Source of the DNA: an uncultured Alphaproteobacteria bacterium
GTDB taxonomy: Bacteria > Pseudomonadota > Alphaproteobacteria > Rhizobiales > TMED25
NCBI GenBank assembly: GCA_938074435.1
Contig: CALJEH010000072.1
Coordinates: 1 to 38,769, forward strand
Direction of reading: 5' to 3'
DNA length: 38,769 nucleotides
The notes under the pieces are model-generated. The model was not told where the DNA came from. It did not search any database and saw nothing but the letters and a program-made list of their open reading frames with translations. A program made the translations under genes and the position numbers. The first letter of the stretch is position 1. Every line of letters starts with the position of its first letter. Shown here in pieces: positions 23,051 through 31,919 of this stretch.

Positions 23051-24382
23051 ATGGCATCTGCGGCTGAACAATTAGCGTCAAATATAAATTTTTCAACTTT
23101 TGCTAAAGCAAAAGATCTCAAGCAAAGAATCTTATTCACTCTTGGCGCACTGCTTATATACCGATTGGGTACATTTATTCCTTTACCGGGCATAAATACG
23201 CGTGCGTTAAATGATTTATTCCAACAAAACCAAAGTGGAATACTTGGTATGTTTGATATGTTTGCTGGTGGTGCTGTCGGGCGAATGGCAATATTTGCTC
23301 TCAACATCATGCCGTATATTTCTGCTGCCATTATAATGCAACTCTTAGTAGCAGTCTCACCAGCTCTCGGACAAATGAGAAAAGAGGGTGAAAGAGGGCG
23401 AAAACAAATAAATCAGTATACCAGATACGGCACGGTATTCCTGGCTGCTTTGCAGGCTTGGGGTATTTCAATAGGTTTGGAAGGGGCTGGTGATATAGTA
23501 ATTGATCCTGGTCTTTATTTTCGTATGTCAGCAGTTATAACCTTAGTTGGTGGGGTTGTTTTTCTTATGTGGATTGGAGAACAAGTAACGGCGAGAGGTA
23601 TCGGAAATGGTATCTCATTAATAATATTTGCAGGTATTGTTGCCGAGCTGCCCTCTGCTCTAGTAAATACTCTCGAATTAGGTAGACAGGGAGCGCTATC
23701 AACATGGTTGATATTAGCTGTGATACTACTGGCTATAGCAGTTATTGTTGTTATCGTTTACGTTGAAAGAGCTCAACGAAGGTTAATTGTACAATATCCG
23801 CGTCGACAACAAGGCAATAAGATTATTGAGGGTGATAGTTCCCATTTGCCTCTCAAGATAAATACAGCCGGTGTTATTCCCCCAATTTTTGCTTCTTCCC
23901 TACTGCTGCTGCCAATGACGGTCGCAAATTTTTCAACGGGACAGGGCCCAGAATGGCTAAATATAATAAGCTCATATTTAGGGAGGGGAGCACCACTATA
24001 CCTAACTTTCTATATATCTCTAATTGTATTCTTTGCTTTTTTTTATACAGCAATTGTATTCAACCCGTCAGATACTGCCGATAATCTAAAAAGACAAGGT
24101 GGTTTTATTCCAGGTATTAGACCTGGTGAGAAAACAGCAGAATATATAGATTATGTTTTAACGAGAATAACGTGTGTTGGTGCAGCATATTTAGCTGCAA
24201 TATGTATTTTGCCAGAGATATTAATGTCGTACGCAGCAATTCCTTTTTATTTCGGTGGAACGTCTTTGTTGATTGTGGTTAATGTTACCATGGATACTGT
24301 ATCCCAAGTACAGAGTCACTTATTAGCGCATCAATACGAAGGGTTAATCAAGAAGGCCAACCTTCGAGGTAAAAAGAGATGA
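23051..24382 (+). CDS. secY: preprotein translocase subunit SecY
   Basis: 443-aa polytopic membrane ORF with LFTLGALLIYRLGTFIPLPGI, GISLIIFAGIV and NLKRQGGFIPGIRPGEKT. Position after rplO. Confidence 0.97.
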   Translation: MASAAEQLASNINFSTFAKAKDLKQRILFTLGALLIYRLGTFIPLPGINTRALNDLFQQNQSGILGMFDMFAGGAVGRMAIFALNIMPYISAAIIMQLLVAVSPALGQMRKEGERGRKQINQYTRYGTVFLAALQAWGISIGLEGAGDIVIDPGLYFRMSAVITLVGGVVFLMWIGEQVTARGIGNGISLIIFAGIVAELPSALVNTLELGRQGALSTWLILAVILLAIAVIVVIVYVERAQRRLIVQYPRRQQGNKIIEGDSSHLPLKINTAGVIPPIFASSLLLLPMTVANFSTGQGPEWLNIISSYLGRGAPLYLTFYISLIVFFAFFYTAIVFNPSDTADNLKRQGGFIPGIRPGEKTAEYIDYVLTRITCVGAAYLAAICILPEILMSYAAIPFYFGGTSLLIVVNVTMDTVSQVQSHLLAHQYEGLIKKANLRGKKR

Positions 24383-24960
24383 ATCTAATTTTATTAGGTC
24401 CACCAGGGTGTGGAAAGGGCACACAGGCAACGTATATTGTTGAAAAATATGACTATGTTCAACTTTCAACTGGAGATATGTTAAGAGAAGCAATAAAGAA
24501 CAACACTCCCACTGGTAAGGTTGTCAAAGATGTCCTTGCAAGTGGCAAGCTTGTAAATAATAAATTAATTATGCAGATAATGAAAGAAAAGATTGAAGAA
24601 ACAGCAACTAGTCCAGGACGTATATTTGATGGGTTCCCGAGAACACTCTCACAAGCAGAGAGTTTGAACACACTGCTGTCTCAAAATAATTTAAGCATCG
24701 ATTTGTTAATTGAATTGGTTGTAAATCAAGAAGAGTTATTTGAGCGTATAACAAAAAGGGCTTCTGAAAGTGAATCAGTTCGTGATGATGATAATGCTGA
24801 TGTATTAAGAAAAAGATTAGATGTCTATAATAAAGAAACAAAGCCAATAATTGCATTTTATGAAAAAGATTTTTTTGTAAATAAAATAGATGGAATGCAG
24901 GATATCAGTACCGTGAATAAGCTTATAGATAAATTGATAGAGAACAACACGAAACACTAG
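24379..24960 (+). CDS. adk: adenylate kinase (short-LID form)
   Basis: 193-aa ORF with P-loop ILLGPPGCGKGTQA, DGFPRT, and a short LID segment (ITKRASESESVRDDDNADVLRKRL) without Cys/His Zn ligands. ATGA overlap with secY. Confidence 0.95.
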   Translation: MNLILLGPPGCGKGTQATYIVEKYDYVQLSTGDMLREAIKNNTPTGKVVKDVLASGKLVNNKLIMQIMKEKIEETATSPGRIFDGFPRTLSQAESLNTLLSQNNLSIDLLIELVVNQEELFERITKRASESESVRDDDNADVLRKRLDVYNKETKPIIAFYEKDFFVNKIDGMQDISTVNKLIDKLIENNTKH

Positions 24961-24980
24961 AATTTTTGGACCGATTGTAA

Positions 24981-25009
24981 TTGATAATGGTATTAAATAT
25001 TGATATAAA
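24981..25009 (+). promoter_or_regulatory. candidate strong sigma-70-type promoter for rpsM-rpsK-rpoA-rplQ(-crcB...)
   Basis: TTGATA (24981-24986), 17-nt spacer ending in TGa (extended -10), TATAAA (25004-25009). Lies in the 110-nt adk-rpsM gap, the only sizeable gap between rpsL and the end of the + strand cluster. Confidence 0.55.
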
Positions 25010-25070
25010 AGCATGATAATTATGGCTAAATGTTTTTATCAAATATTTATCTTAAAAAAGGAGATATAAA

Positions 25071-25439
25071 TTGGCTAGGATAGCAGGAGTTAATATTCCA
25101 ACGAATAAACGAGTTGAAATTGCTTTGACATCAATACATGGTATTGGATCAATGAAGGCAAAAGAAATATGTACTAAGGTGAATATTGAAAGCACAAAAA
25201 GAGTAAATCAACTAACTGATGCTGAAGTTATAGCAATTAGGGAAGCAATTGATAATGATTATGTTGTTGAAGGTGATTTGCGTCGGGAAGTTGCAATGAA
25301 TATAAAAGGAATGATGGATCTTGGATGCTACAGGGGGCTAAGGCATCGAAGAGGTCTTCCAGTAAGAGGACAACGAACACATACAAATGCAAGGACAAGA
25401 AAAGGTCCAGCGAAACCAATAGCAGGCAAGAGGAAGTAG
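25071..25439 (+). CDS. rpsM: 30S ribosomal protein S13
   Basis: 122-aa ORF with a TTG start 7 nt after AAAGGAG. Starts (M)[25 protein letters not shown], with [26 protein letters not shown]. Confidence 0.96.
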   Translation: MARIAGVNIPTNKRVEIALTSIHGIGSMKAKEICTKVNIESTKRVNQLTDAEVIAIREAIDNDYVVEGDLRREVAMNIKGMMDLGCYRGLRHRRGLPVRGQRTHTNARTRKGPAKPIAGKRK

Positions 25440-25448
25440 TGAGGATCA

Positions 25449-25838
25449 ATGGCCAAAGATAAAACAAGAGTAAAAAGACGCGAAAAGAAAAATATCTCAT
25501 CTGGTATTGCATATGTTAATGCAACATACAACAATACTATGATAACAATTACAGATGCTCAAGGTAACGCAATATCATGGTCGTCTGCTGGTGGCATGGG
25601 TTTTAAGGGATCGAGAAAATCAACACCTTACGCAGCTCAAGTTGCTGCTGAAGATGCAGCAAGGAAAGCTATGGAACATGGCATGGCAACCATTGAGGTA
25701 ATGGTTAAAGGACCCGGAACAGGAAGGGAGTCTGCACTTCGCGCCCTACAATCCACAGGCTTTACAATAACATCAATAAAAGATGTTACTCCAATACCTC
25801 ATAATGGATGTAGGCCTCCGAAAAAGCGTCGAGTATAA
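25449..25838 (+). CDS. rpsK: 30S ribosomal protein S11
   Basis: 129-aa ORF with [21 protein letters not shown] and [16 protein letters not shown]. Confidence 0.97.
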   Translation: MAKDKTRVKRREKKNISSGIAYVNATYNNTMITITDAQGNAISWSSAGGMGFKGSRKSTPYAAQVAAEDAARKAMEHGMATIEVMVKGPGTGRESALRALQSTGFTITSIKDVTPIPHNGCRPPKKRRV

Positions 25839-25881
25839 ATAATTGATAGCGCGTTAAATTTAAACATTAAGGGGTAATACC

Positions 25882-26898
25882 GTGATAGAAAAAAATTGGC
25901 AAGAGTTAATTAAACCAAATAAAATTGAATTAAAAGAGGACAACTCTGAAAAGAATATATCAGTTCTAACAGTAGAACCTCTTGAAAAAGGCTTCGGATT
26001 AACAATAGGAAATACACTAAGAAGAATACTTCTGTCATCTCTTCAAGGTAGTGCGATTACATCCGTAAAAATTGACGGTGTTCTTCACGAGTTTTCAGCA
26101 ATATCAGGAGTTAGAGAAGATGTAACTGATATTATCTTGAATATAAAAGATATAGCACTGAAAATGCATATAGATTCAGAGGTGAAGCTGATACTTAATA
26201 AGACCGGACCGTGCACCGTACTAGCTGGTGATATAGAGTCGTCATCTGATGTTGAAATACTAAATCCGGAAACCGTTATTTGCACACTTGATGATAAGGT
26301 TAATATCAGGATGGAGTTTATAGCAAGAACAGGTAGAGGCTACGTTCCGGCTGAGAAAAATAGGTCCGAGGATGAGCCTGTTGGTTTAATACCAATAGAT
26401 AGTTTGTTTTCTCCAGTAAAACGCGTTTCTTATGAAATTGAAAATACAAGAGAAGGGCAAATATTAGACTATGATAAACTAAATATGACTATTGAAACGG
26501 ACGGTTCTGTAAGACCTGAAGATGCAGTTGCGTTTGCTGCAAGAATTATGCAAGATCAATTAGATGTATTTGTTAATTTTGAAGAACCTGTTGCTCCAGT
26601 GATTGAAGATAAAGCGCCTGAGTTAACATTTAATCCAGCATTGCTTAAAAAAGTTGATGAACTTGAATTATCTGTTAGGTCAGCAAATTGTCTAAAAAAT
26701 GATAATATAGTTTATATTGGTGATTTAATTTTAAAATCTGAGTCTGAGATGTTAAGGACACCTAACTTTGGTAGAAAATCACTTAATGAAATAAAAGAAG
26801 TGTTAGCTCAGATGGGATTACATTTAGGTATGAATATTCCAAATTGGCCTCCAGAAAATATAGATGATCTCGCAAAACGATATGAAGATAGTTACTAA
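25882..26898 (+). CDS. rpoA: DNA-directed RNA polymerase subunit alpha
   Basis: 338-aa ORF with a GTG start after AAGGGG. Contains [24 protein letters not shown] (NTD) and [21 protein letters not shown] (CTD HhH). Confidence 0.97.
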   Translation: MIEKNWQELIKPNKIELKEDNSEKNISVLTVEPLEKGFGLTIGNTLRRILLSSLQGSAITSVKIDGVLHEFSAISGVREDVTDIILNIKDIALKMHIDSEVKLILNKTGPCTVLAGDIESSSDVEILNPETVICTLDDKVNIRMEFIARTGRGYVPAEKNRSEDEPVGLIPIDSLFSPVKRVSYEIENTREGQILDYDKLNMTIETDGSVRPEDAVAFAARIMQDQLDVFVNFEEPVAPVIEDKAPELTFNPALLKKVDELELSVRSANCLKNDNIVYIGDLILKSESEMLRTPNFGRKSLNEIKEVLAQMGLHLGMNIPNWPPENIDDLAKRYEDSY

Positions 26899-26924
26899 CA
26901 GGATAATAATTTAGGAGATTTATT

Positions 26925-27365
26925 ATGCGCCATAATAATTCAGGTAGAAAACTTAATAGAACTTCAAGCCACAGGAAGGCAATGTTCTCTAATATGGCAA
27001 ATGCGCTGATCAAACATGAGCAGATCGTAACTACTTTACCAAAAGCAAAAGAATTGAGACCAATAGTCGAGAAATTGGTTACCTTGTCAAGAACAAATAG
27101 CCTTCACAAAAGAAGGCAAGCAATATCTAAACTGGGTGATTTATCTATGGTATCTAAACTTTTTGATGTTCTTGGACCGAGGTATGCTGAAAGAAGCGGC
27201 GGTTACACAAGAATTATTAAAGCTGGCTTTAGGTATGGTGATTCAGCCCCAATGGCAGTAATTGAATTTGTTGATAGAGATGTTGAGGCTAAAGGAAAAG
27301 ACTCGGGTCCTATTCTAGTAGATGAAGTTGAAGAAGAATTAGAAAATACGAACGCTATTGCATAA
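26925..27365 (+). CDS. rplQ: 50S ribosomal protein L17
   Basis: 146-aa ORF starting [25 protein letters not shown], with [25 protein letters not shown]. Confidence 0.97.
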   Translation: MRHNNSGRKLNRTSSHRKAMFSNMANALIKHEQIVTTLPKAKELRPIVEKLVTLSRTNSLHKRRQAISKLGDLSMVSKLFDVLGPRYAERSGGYTRIIKAGFRYGDSAPMAVIEFVDRDVEAKGKDSGPILVDEVEEELENTNAIA

Positions 27366-27368
27366 AGA

Positions 27369-27737
27369 ATGCTTAATATCCTATATGTAGGCTTAGGTGG
27401 CTTTATAGGTTCAGTACTTAGATATTTTATTTATATAGCCTCAAATTATTTTTTTGGCTCTAATCTTCCCTTTTCTACAATCATAGTAAATATAGTTGGT
27501 AGTTTTTTTATTGGTTTTTTTTACCAACTTTTTAATGGCTATTTTTTTATTTCTGAAAACACAAAATTATTACTAACAGTTGGTCTTCTCGGAGGATTTA
27601 CGACTTTTTCCGCTTTCTCAATCGATGCTTTTATTTTGTACCAGAATTATGGTAAAATTTTTGCAGTAAGTTATATTATACTATCAGTTGGACTATCTCT
27701 TTCTGCGCTTCTATTAGGTATGTTTGTTCTTAGATGA
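27369..27737 (+). CDS. crcB: fluoride ion channel CrcB/Fluc
   Basis: 122-aa ORF with 4 predicted TM helices. N-terminal GLGGFIGSVLRY and the family signature GLLGGFTTFSAFS are present. Starts 3 nt after the rplQ stop. Confidence 0.88.
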   Translation: MLNILYVGLGGFIGSVLRYFIYIASNYFFGSNLPFSTIIVNIVGSFFIGFFYQLFNGYFFISENTKLLLTVGLLGGFTTFSAFSIDAFILYQNYGKIFAVSYIILSVGLSLSALLLGMFVLR

Positions 27738-27747
27738 ATGTAATGTA

Positions 27748-28650
27748 ATGAATAAGTTTGTTAAAAAAGATGATGCAGGAGTAAGGTTGGACCGGTGGTT
27801 GAAAGAGAATTTAATAAATGCATCATTTATTGAAATTCAAAAAATTATTAGGACTGGTCAAGTAAGAGTTGATGGTGGGCGAAAGAAATCTGACTATAGG
27901 GTATCGTCAGGTGATGAAATTCGAGTTCCACCCAATTTTGAATTCAATGAAAAACATAGAAATCAGAATAACAAAAGAGAAAATTTACTTTTGTCAGATA
28001 TGAGTGTTTATCACGATAACAATGTCATTGTGATAAATAAGCCTTATGGACTACCTACGCAAGGTGGTGTCTCAGCCAGATACCATATTGATTCTATAAT
28101 AAAATCAGAGGACTCAAGCTACAGACTTGTTCATAGACTTGATAAAAATACTACCGGTGCACTTCTTATTGCCAAAAACAGAAAGTCAGCCCAATATTAT
28201 ACTGAGGCCTTTAATAAAAGACTTATTAATAAAAAGTATTTAGCTCTTACAAATAATTTTCCAAAAAAAAATAGCGGAGTAATAGACTTTCCATTGGAGT
28301 TAAAAAATAAGAAAATTACTAGTGCTAGTGATAAATTACAGGAAGCATTGACCTATTTTAAAATAAAATCATCAAATCCTGATGGTGTATCTTTGATTGA
28401 ACTGATGCCGCATACAGGTAGAAAACATCAGATACGTAAACATTTATTGATGTTAGGTTGCCCTATTATTGGAGATCTAAAATATGGAGATCAAAAATAT
28501 CCAATGAGTATCCAAAAAAAGTTATATTTACATTCTTACGAAATAAATTTCCCTAATATTGAAAATACCAAAGATATTAATGTTGTTGTTGAGATACCTA
28601 ACTATTTTAAAAATGCAATCAGTAAGTTGGGGCTCGATTTTGATGGATGA
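27748..28650 (+). CDS. RluA-family 23S rRNA pseudouridine synthase (RluC/RluD-like, N-terminal S4 domain)
   Basis: The ORF track begins at TTG 27724, overlapping crcB. ATG 27748 gives 300 aa. Contains S4-like VRLDRWLKENL...IIRTGQVRVDG, catalytic HRLDKNTTGALLIAK and GRKHQIRKHL. Confidence 0.88.
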   Translation: MNKFVKKDDAGVRLDRWLKENLINASFIEIQKIIRTGQVRVDGGRKKSDYRVSSGDEIRVPPNFEFNEKHRNQNNKRENLLLSDMSVYHDNNVIVINKPYGLPTQGGVSARYHIDSIIKSEDSSYRLVHRLDKNTTGALLIAKNRKSAQYYTEAFNKRLINKKYLALTNNFPKKNSGVIDFPLELKNKKITSASDKLQEALTYFKIKSSNPDGVSLIELMPHTGRKHQIRKHLLMLGCPIIGDLKYGDQKYPMSIQKKLYLHSYEINFPNIENTKDINVVVEIPNYFKNAISKLGLDFDG

Positions 28651-29341
28651 GCTAATAAATATCAGTAAACAAAAAGTTGGATTCATTAACAAAGATAACA
28701 AACTTTATTTAACAATTAATGGTAGTGAATACAAAAACAAAAGTGGAAAAAATGTAATTATTCCAAATATTTATATAAAAAAATTAATACTTAATGAAAT
28801 ATCAGATAGATATAATCATAAGACAAATATCAGTATGATAAACCTACTATTGAAATATAGTACTTGGAGAGAGGATGATAAAAAATCTATTATATCTGGA
28901 ATATTAAAATATCTTGAAACAGATCTATTGTTTTATAGAGTTAACTCACCAGAATCTCTAGCTAATAAACAAAAAAAAATTTGGGATAATGCTCTAGAAA
29001 AATTTGATAATATTTTTAATACAAATTGGAAAACAACATCAAATTTATGTCCAATACAACAAAATCGAGAAAATATAGCTCTTGTTGAGGAGTATCTAGT
29101 TAATCATGATAATTTTAAATTATTTATCATGTTTGAGCTAGTAAAAATTAGTGGCTCCTGCATCTTAACTATTATGGTGGTCCTTCAAAAAATTAAATTG
29201 GTTGAATTATGGAGCACGATTTATGTTGATGAGTTGTTTAATAACGAAATTTATCAAGACGTAAATAAAAAGAATGAGTTAAAAATAAAAAAAGATGAAA
29301 TTGCTTTTCTTATGAAGCTTATCAATTCAATCCAGAGTTAG
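28643..29341 (+). CDS. ATP12-family (F1-ATPase assembly chaperone-like) protein, divergent
   Basis: The track ORF starts at 28559 inside the synthase gene. ATG 28643 (8-nt overlap) gives 232 aa. YLETDLLFYRVNSPESLANKQKKIWDNALEKF and ISGSCILTIMVVLQKIKLVELWSTIYVDELFNNEIY resemble, from memory, the PF07542 ATP12 consensus (tDllcYRa..P..L...Q...WdP..., tgSlllalAl...w.a..lde..Q.e.WG). The crcB-rluC-...-ATP12 neighbourhood is common in alphaproteobacteria. Confidence 0.55.
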   Translation: MDELINISKQKVGFINKDNKLYLTINGSEYKNKSGKNVIIPNIYIKKLILNEISDRYNHKTNISMINLLLKYSTWREDDKKSIISGILKYLETDLLFYRVNSPESLANKQKKIWDNALEKFDNIFNTNWKTTSNLCPIQQNRENIALVEEYLVNHDNFKLFIMFELVKISGSCILTIMVVLQKIKLVELWSTIYVDELFNNEIYQDVNKKNELKIKKDEIAFLMKLINSIQS

Positions 29342-29989
29342 GTTGCTTATTTTCTGCACATTCCCAAATTCTTGCTCAAAGTTTAATAAAAATTCTTGAT
29401 CAAAATTATCGATAGAAATATTTTTCTGTAAACTTTCAATACTCGTAACATTAAATTCGGATAATCCACACGGTACAATTCCATCAAAATATTGAAGATC
29501 TGGGTTTATATTTATTGATATTCCATGTAAAGAAATCCATTTTTTAACTTTTAAACCTATCGCACCTATTTTTTCTTCACCATTATTTGTTTTTATCCAG
29601 ATACCAATCCTATCTCTTATAGGATATACATCCATATCAAACGTTTTAAAAGTTTTTATTATTATTCTTTCAAGTATCATTATAAATTTACGGATATCTT
29701 TATTACATCTTTCTAAGTTAAGCATGAGGTATATTATTCGTTGACCGGGTCCGTGATAGGTGTATTTTCCACCTCTTGGTGTTTTGTATACTGGGATATC
29801 TTTTGCATCAAGTAATTCGTTATCTTTAGCACTTGAACCAGCGGTATAAACATTCGGGTGTTCTAGTAACCAAACAAGCTCATTAGCTTCGCCACTCTGG
29901 ATTAGAGAAGATCTTTTTTCCATAAATCTTGATGCTGTTTCATACTCAATGGGTGTTTTGCTTTTAAATAATTCAACTTTTTTAAACAT
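29327..29989 (-). CDS. lipB: octanoyltransferase (lipoyl(octanoyl) transferase)
   Basis: 220-aa ORF with VWLLEHPNVYTAGSSAK, RGGKYTYHGPGQRIIYLMLNL, KIGAIGLKVKKWISLHGISININPDL and IVPCGL (catalytic Cys region). Confidence 0.92.
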   Translation of the reverse strand: MFKKVELFKSKTPIEYETASRFMEKRSSLIQSGEANELVWLLEHPNVYTAGSSAKDNELLDAKDIPVYKTPRGGKYTYHGPGQRIIYLMLNLERCNKDIRKFIMILERIIIKTFKTFDMDVYPIRDRIGIWIKTNNGEEKIGAIGLKVKKWISLHGISININPDLQYFDGIVPCGLSEFNVTSIESLQKNISIDNFDQEFLLNFEQEFGNVQKISNLTLD

Positions 29990-30013
29990 TATTTCTTTAT
30001 CTATTAATTATAA

Positions 30014-30041
30014 TTGCTAAATATTAACATTCTAATATATT
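30014..30041 (+). promoter_or_regulatory. candidate promoter for tRNA-Leu (and the downstream J-protein gene)
   Basis: TTGCTA (30014-30019), 16-nt spacer, TATATT (30036-30041), about 24 nt upstream of the tRNA 5' end. AT-rich background makes chance matches likely. Confidence 0.3.
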
Positions 30042-30064
30042 AAAGCATATATTAAAAAATTTCT

Positions 30065-30151
30065 GCGATCGTGGCGGAATTGGTAGACGCGCAGCGTTGA
30101 GGTCGCTGTAGGGGAAACTCTGTGGAAGTTCGAATCTTCTCGATCGCACCA
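30065..30151 (+). tRNA. tRNA-Leu, anticodon GAG, genomically encoded CCA
   Basis: Hand-folded cloverleaf. Acceptor gcgatcg/cgatcgc, D arm gcgg-aattggtaga-cgc, anticodon stem cagcg/cgctg with loop ttGAGgt, long variable arm taggggaaactctgt (class II), T arm ggaag-ttcgaat-cttct, discriminator A + CCA. It is also a local GC-rich island. Confidence 0.93.
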
Positions 30152-30165
30152 AATAAATAAAATAA

Positions 30166-30513
30166 ATGATTATACTACTTTCTACTCTTCTTATCTTATT
30201 AATTTTAGCTTTGATAAAATTTAAATTACTTGCATCCTTATTTTATTTGATACCCTTTTTACTTAAGATCAAAGATAGATTTAGCTCAATAAATCATCAG
30301 AATAAATCATCAAATGAAATATCAAATTTGGATGAAGCATACGAGATACTTGGTATTAATAAAAGTGCAAGTTTAGAAGAAATAGAGACTACTTATAAAT
30401 ATTTAATACGAAAGAATCATCCAGATAATGGAGGAACTGAGTATTTGGCAAAGAAGATCAATCTTGCGAGAGAGTATATAATAAAAGAAAAAAAATTAGG
30501 GAAAAATAGATAG
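30166..30513 (+). CDS. small membrane-anchored J-domain protein (Pam18/Tim14-like J domain)
   Basis: 115-aa ORF. Hydrophobic N-terminus IILLSTLLILLILALIKFKLLASLFYLIPFLL, then the J domain EAYEILGINKSASLEEIETTYKYLIRKNHPDNGGTEYLAKKINLAREYI with the HPD tripeptide. Confidence 0.8.
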   Translation: MIILLSTLLILLILALIKFKLLASLFYLIPFLLKIKDRFSSINHQNKSSNEISNLDEAYEILGINKSASLEEIETTYKYLIRKNHPDNGGTEYLAKKINLAREYIIKEKKLGKNR

Positions 30514-31464
30514 GATTTCATCAACTTTATTACTTAACCTATCAAACCTTGATGTATTGTTTTTTGCTTCATAAATTAAATTCTCGCTATCTGCTCTCAT
30601 TTGATCATTCTTTCTGTTTAGATACGGATTGATTTTTGGAAAATGAATAGTGTTTGCTTCCATTTGGAATGATTTATTTAATACTTTTACCATATTACTA
30701 TTTCTTGAATTTGAACTACTTCCACCCATAACAATCGATATGATTTTTTTTCTATCTCTTTCAACATAAGAAATTAAGTTAAATCCTGACTTACTAGTAT
30801 AGCCAGTCTTCATTCCTTTTGTTCCTGAGTAATTGAACAGTAATTTGTTATGACTGACATATTTCTGTCCCTCAAAATTGAATTCCTTAAGTGCAAAGAC
30901 CTTAGATTCATTAGGGTAATCTATCAACATTCTTAAAGCAAGAATTGACATGTCAAAAGCTGTTGTTTTTTGATCATTGTTATGTAAACCAGATGCATTT
31001 TTAAATGTAGTATTTATCATTCCAAGTTCTTTTGCTTTTTCTGTCATACGTAATGCAAATTTTTCTTCAGACCCCTCAAGATATTCAGCTACAGCCGTAG
31101 CAACATCATTTGCTGATTTTACTGCAAGTGCTTTTATTGCATTGCTAACGCTTATAGATCCCCCTTCAGATATTCCTAGTTTTGATGCTGGCTTGCGGGA
31201 TGCATTTCTTGAAAATATTATTAAGTCTGACTTCTGAATCTTTCTTTTTTCTAAATCTTCAAAAACCAAATAAAGAGTCATAACTTTGGTTAATGATGCC
31301 GGGTACCTTAATTGATATCCATTATTATTGTGGAGAGTTTTTCCAGTTATTGCATCAAGGCTGAAGGATGAATATTTAGGTGCAGCTTCAGCTTCGGTAA
31401 AGAAGGAAGTGATACAAAGCATTAAAATAAAATATCTTAAATATTTTACAGAATTAGATTTCAT
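30496..31464 (-). CDS. D-alanyl-D-alanine carboxypeptidase (low-molecular-weight PBP, peptidase S11)
   Basis: 322-aa ORF. Signal peptide MKSNSVKYLRYFILMLCITSFFTEAEA, SxxK (ASLTKVMT), SxN (SANDVA), KTG (KTGYTSKSG). Confidence 0.9.
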   Translation of the reverse strand: MKSNSVKYLRYFILMLCITSFFTEAEAAPKYSSFSLDAITGKTLHNNNGYQLRYPASLTKVMTLYLVFEDLEKRKIQKSDLIIFSRNASRKPASKLGISEGGSISVSNAIKALAVKSANDVATAVAEYLEGSEEKFALRMTEKAKELGMINTTFKNASGLHNNDQKTTAFDMSILALRMLIDYPNESKVFALKEFNFEGQKYVSHNKLLFNYSGTKGMKTGYTSKSGFNLISYVERDRKKIISIVMGGSSSNSRNSNMVKVLNKSFQMEANTIHFPKINPYLNRKNDQMRADSENLIYEAKNNTSRFDRLSNKVDEILSIFP

Positions 31465-31597
31465 GTAAAAACATTTAACATGTAAATATTATATTTTGAT
31501 TAATTAGCATAGAAAATTAATAAAAAAATATTTTTTTAAAATTGATTTTTATTTTTTTTTCACCAAGTATATTATATGTAATTTTTTTTATTTCTAG

Positions 31598-31918
31598 ATG
31601 AAGCAAATGCCTGAAGATAATATATCTAATAATACGCAAACTATAACAAAGGATAAAGTTAAACGTCCGAGCATGTATGAGGTCATCCTTCTAAATGATG
31701 ATTATACTCCTATGGAATTCGTTGTTGATGTTCTTATGAGATATTTCAATAAAGATATTGATCAAGCGAATCAAATCATGATGCATGTTCATCGAAATGG
31801 AAAAGGTTTGTGCGGGATTTATCCCTTTGATATTGCTGAAACAAAAGTTATGCAAGTAATGAACTATTCGATAAAGAACGGTCATCCACTGCAATGTAAA
31901 ATGGAGAAAAATAAATAA
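31598..31918 (+). CDS. clpS: ATP-dependent Clp protease adaptor ClpS
   Basis: 106-aa ORF with [58 protein letters not shown]. Ends 1 nt before clpA. Confidence 0.95.
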   Translation: MKQMPEDNISNNTQTITKDKVKRPSMYEVILLNDDYTPMEFVVDVLMRYFNKDIDQANQIMMHVHRNGKGLCGIYPFDIAETKVMQVMNYSIKNGHPLQCKMEKNK

Positions 31919-31919
31919 T

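Noticed and set aside
28559-28642. N-terminal 28 codons of the track ORF 28559-29341, and similar upstream extensions at 1142, 10705, 15812, 22321 and 27724
   Set aside because: Each extension overlaps the preceding gene or lacks conservation. Internal starts give the canonical N-termini: MDRQ.. for L10, MPTINQL for S12, MALKSF for L2, MSNKAK for L30.
31465-31597. Extremely AT-rich 133-nt divergent spacer between the PBP gene and clpS, with several T7-T9 runs
   Set aside because: It is probably just divergent promoters and curved DNA. I could not align a convincing -35/-10 pair (spacings of 19-20 nt) or any structured element.
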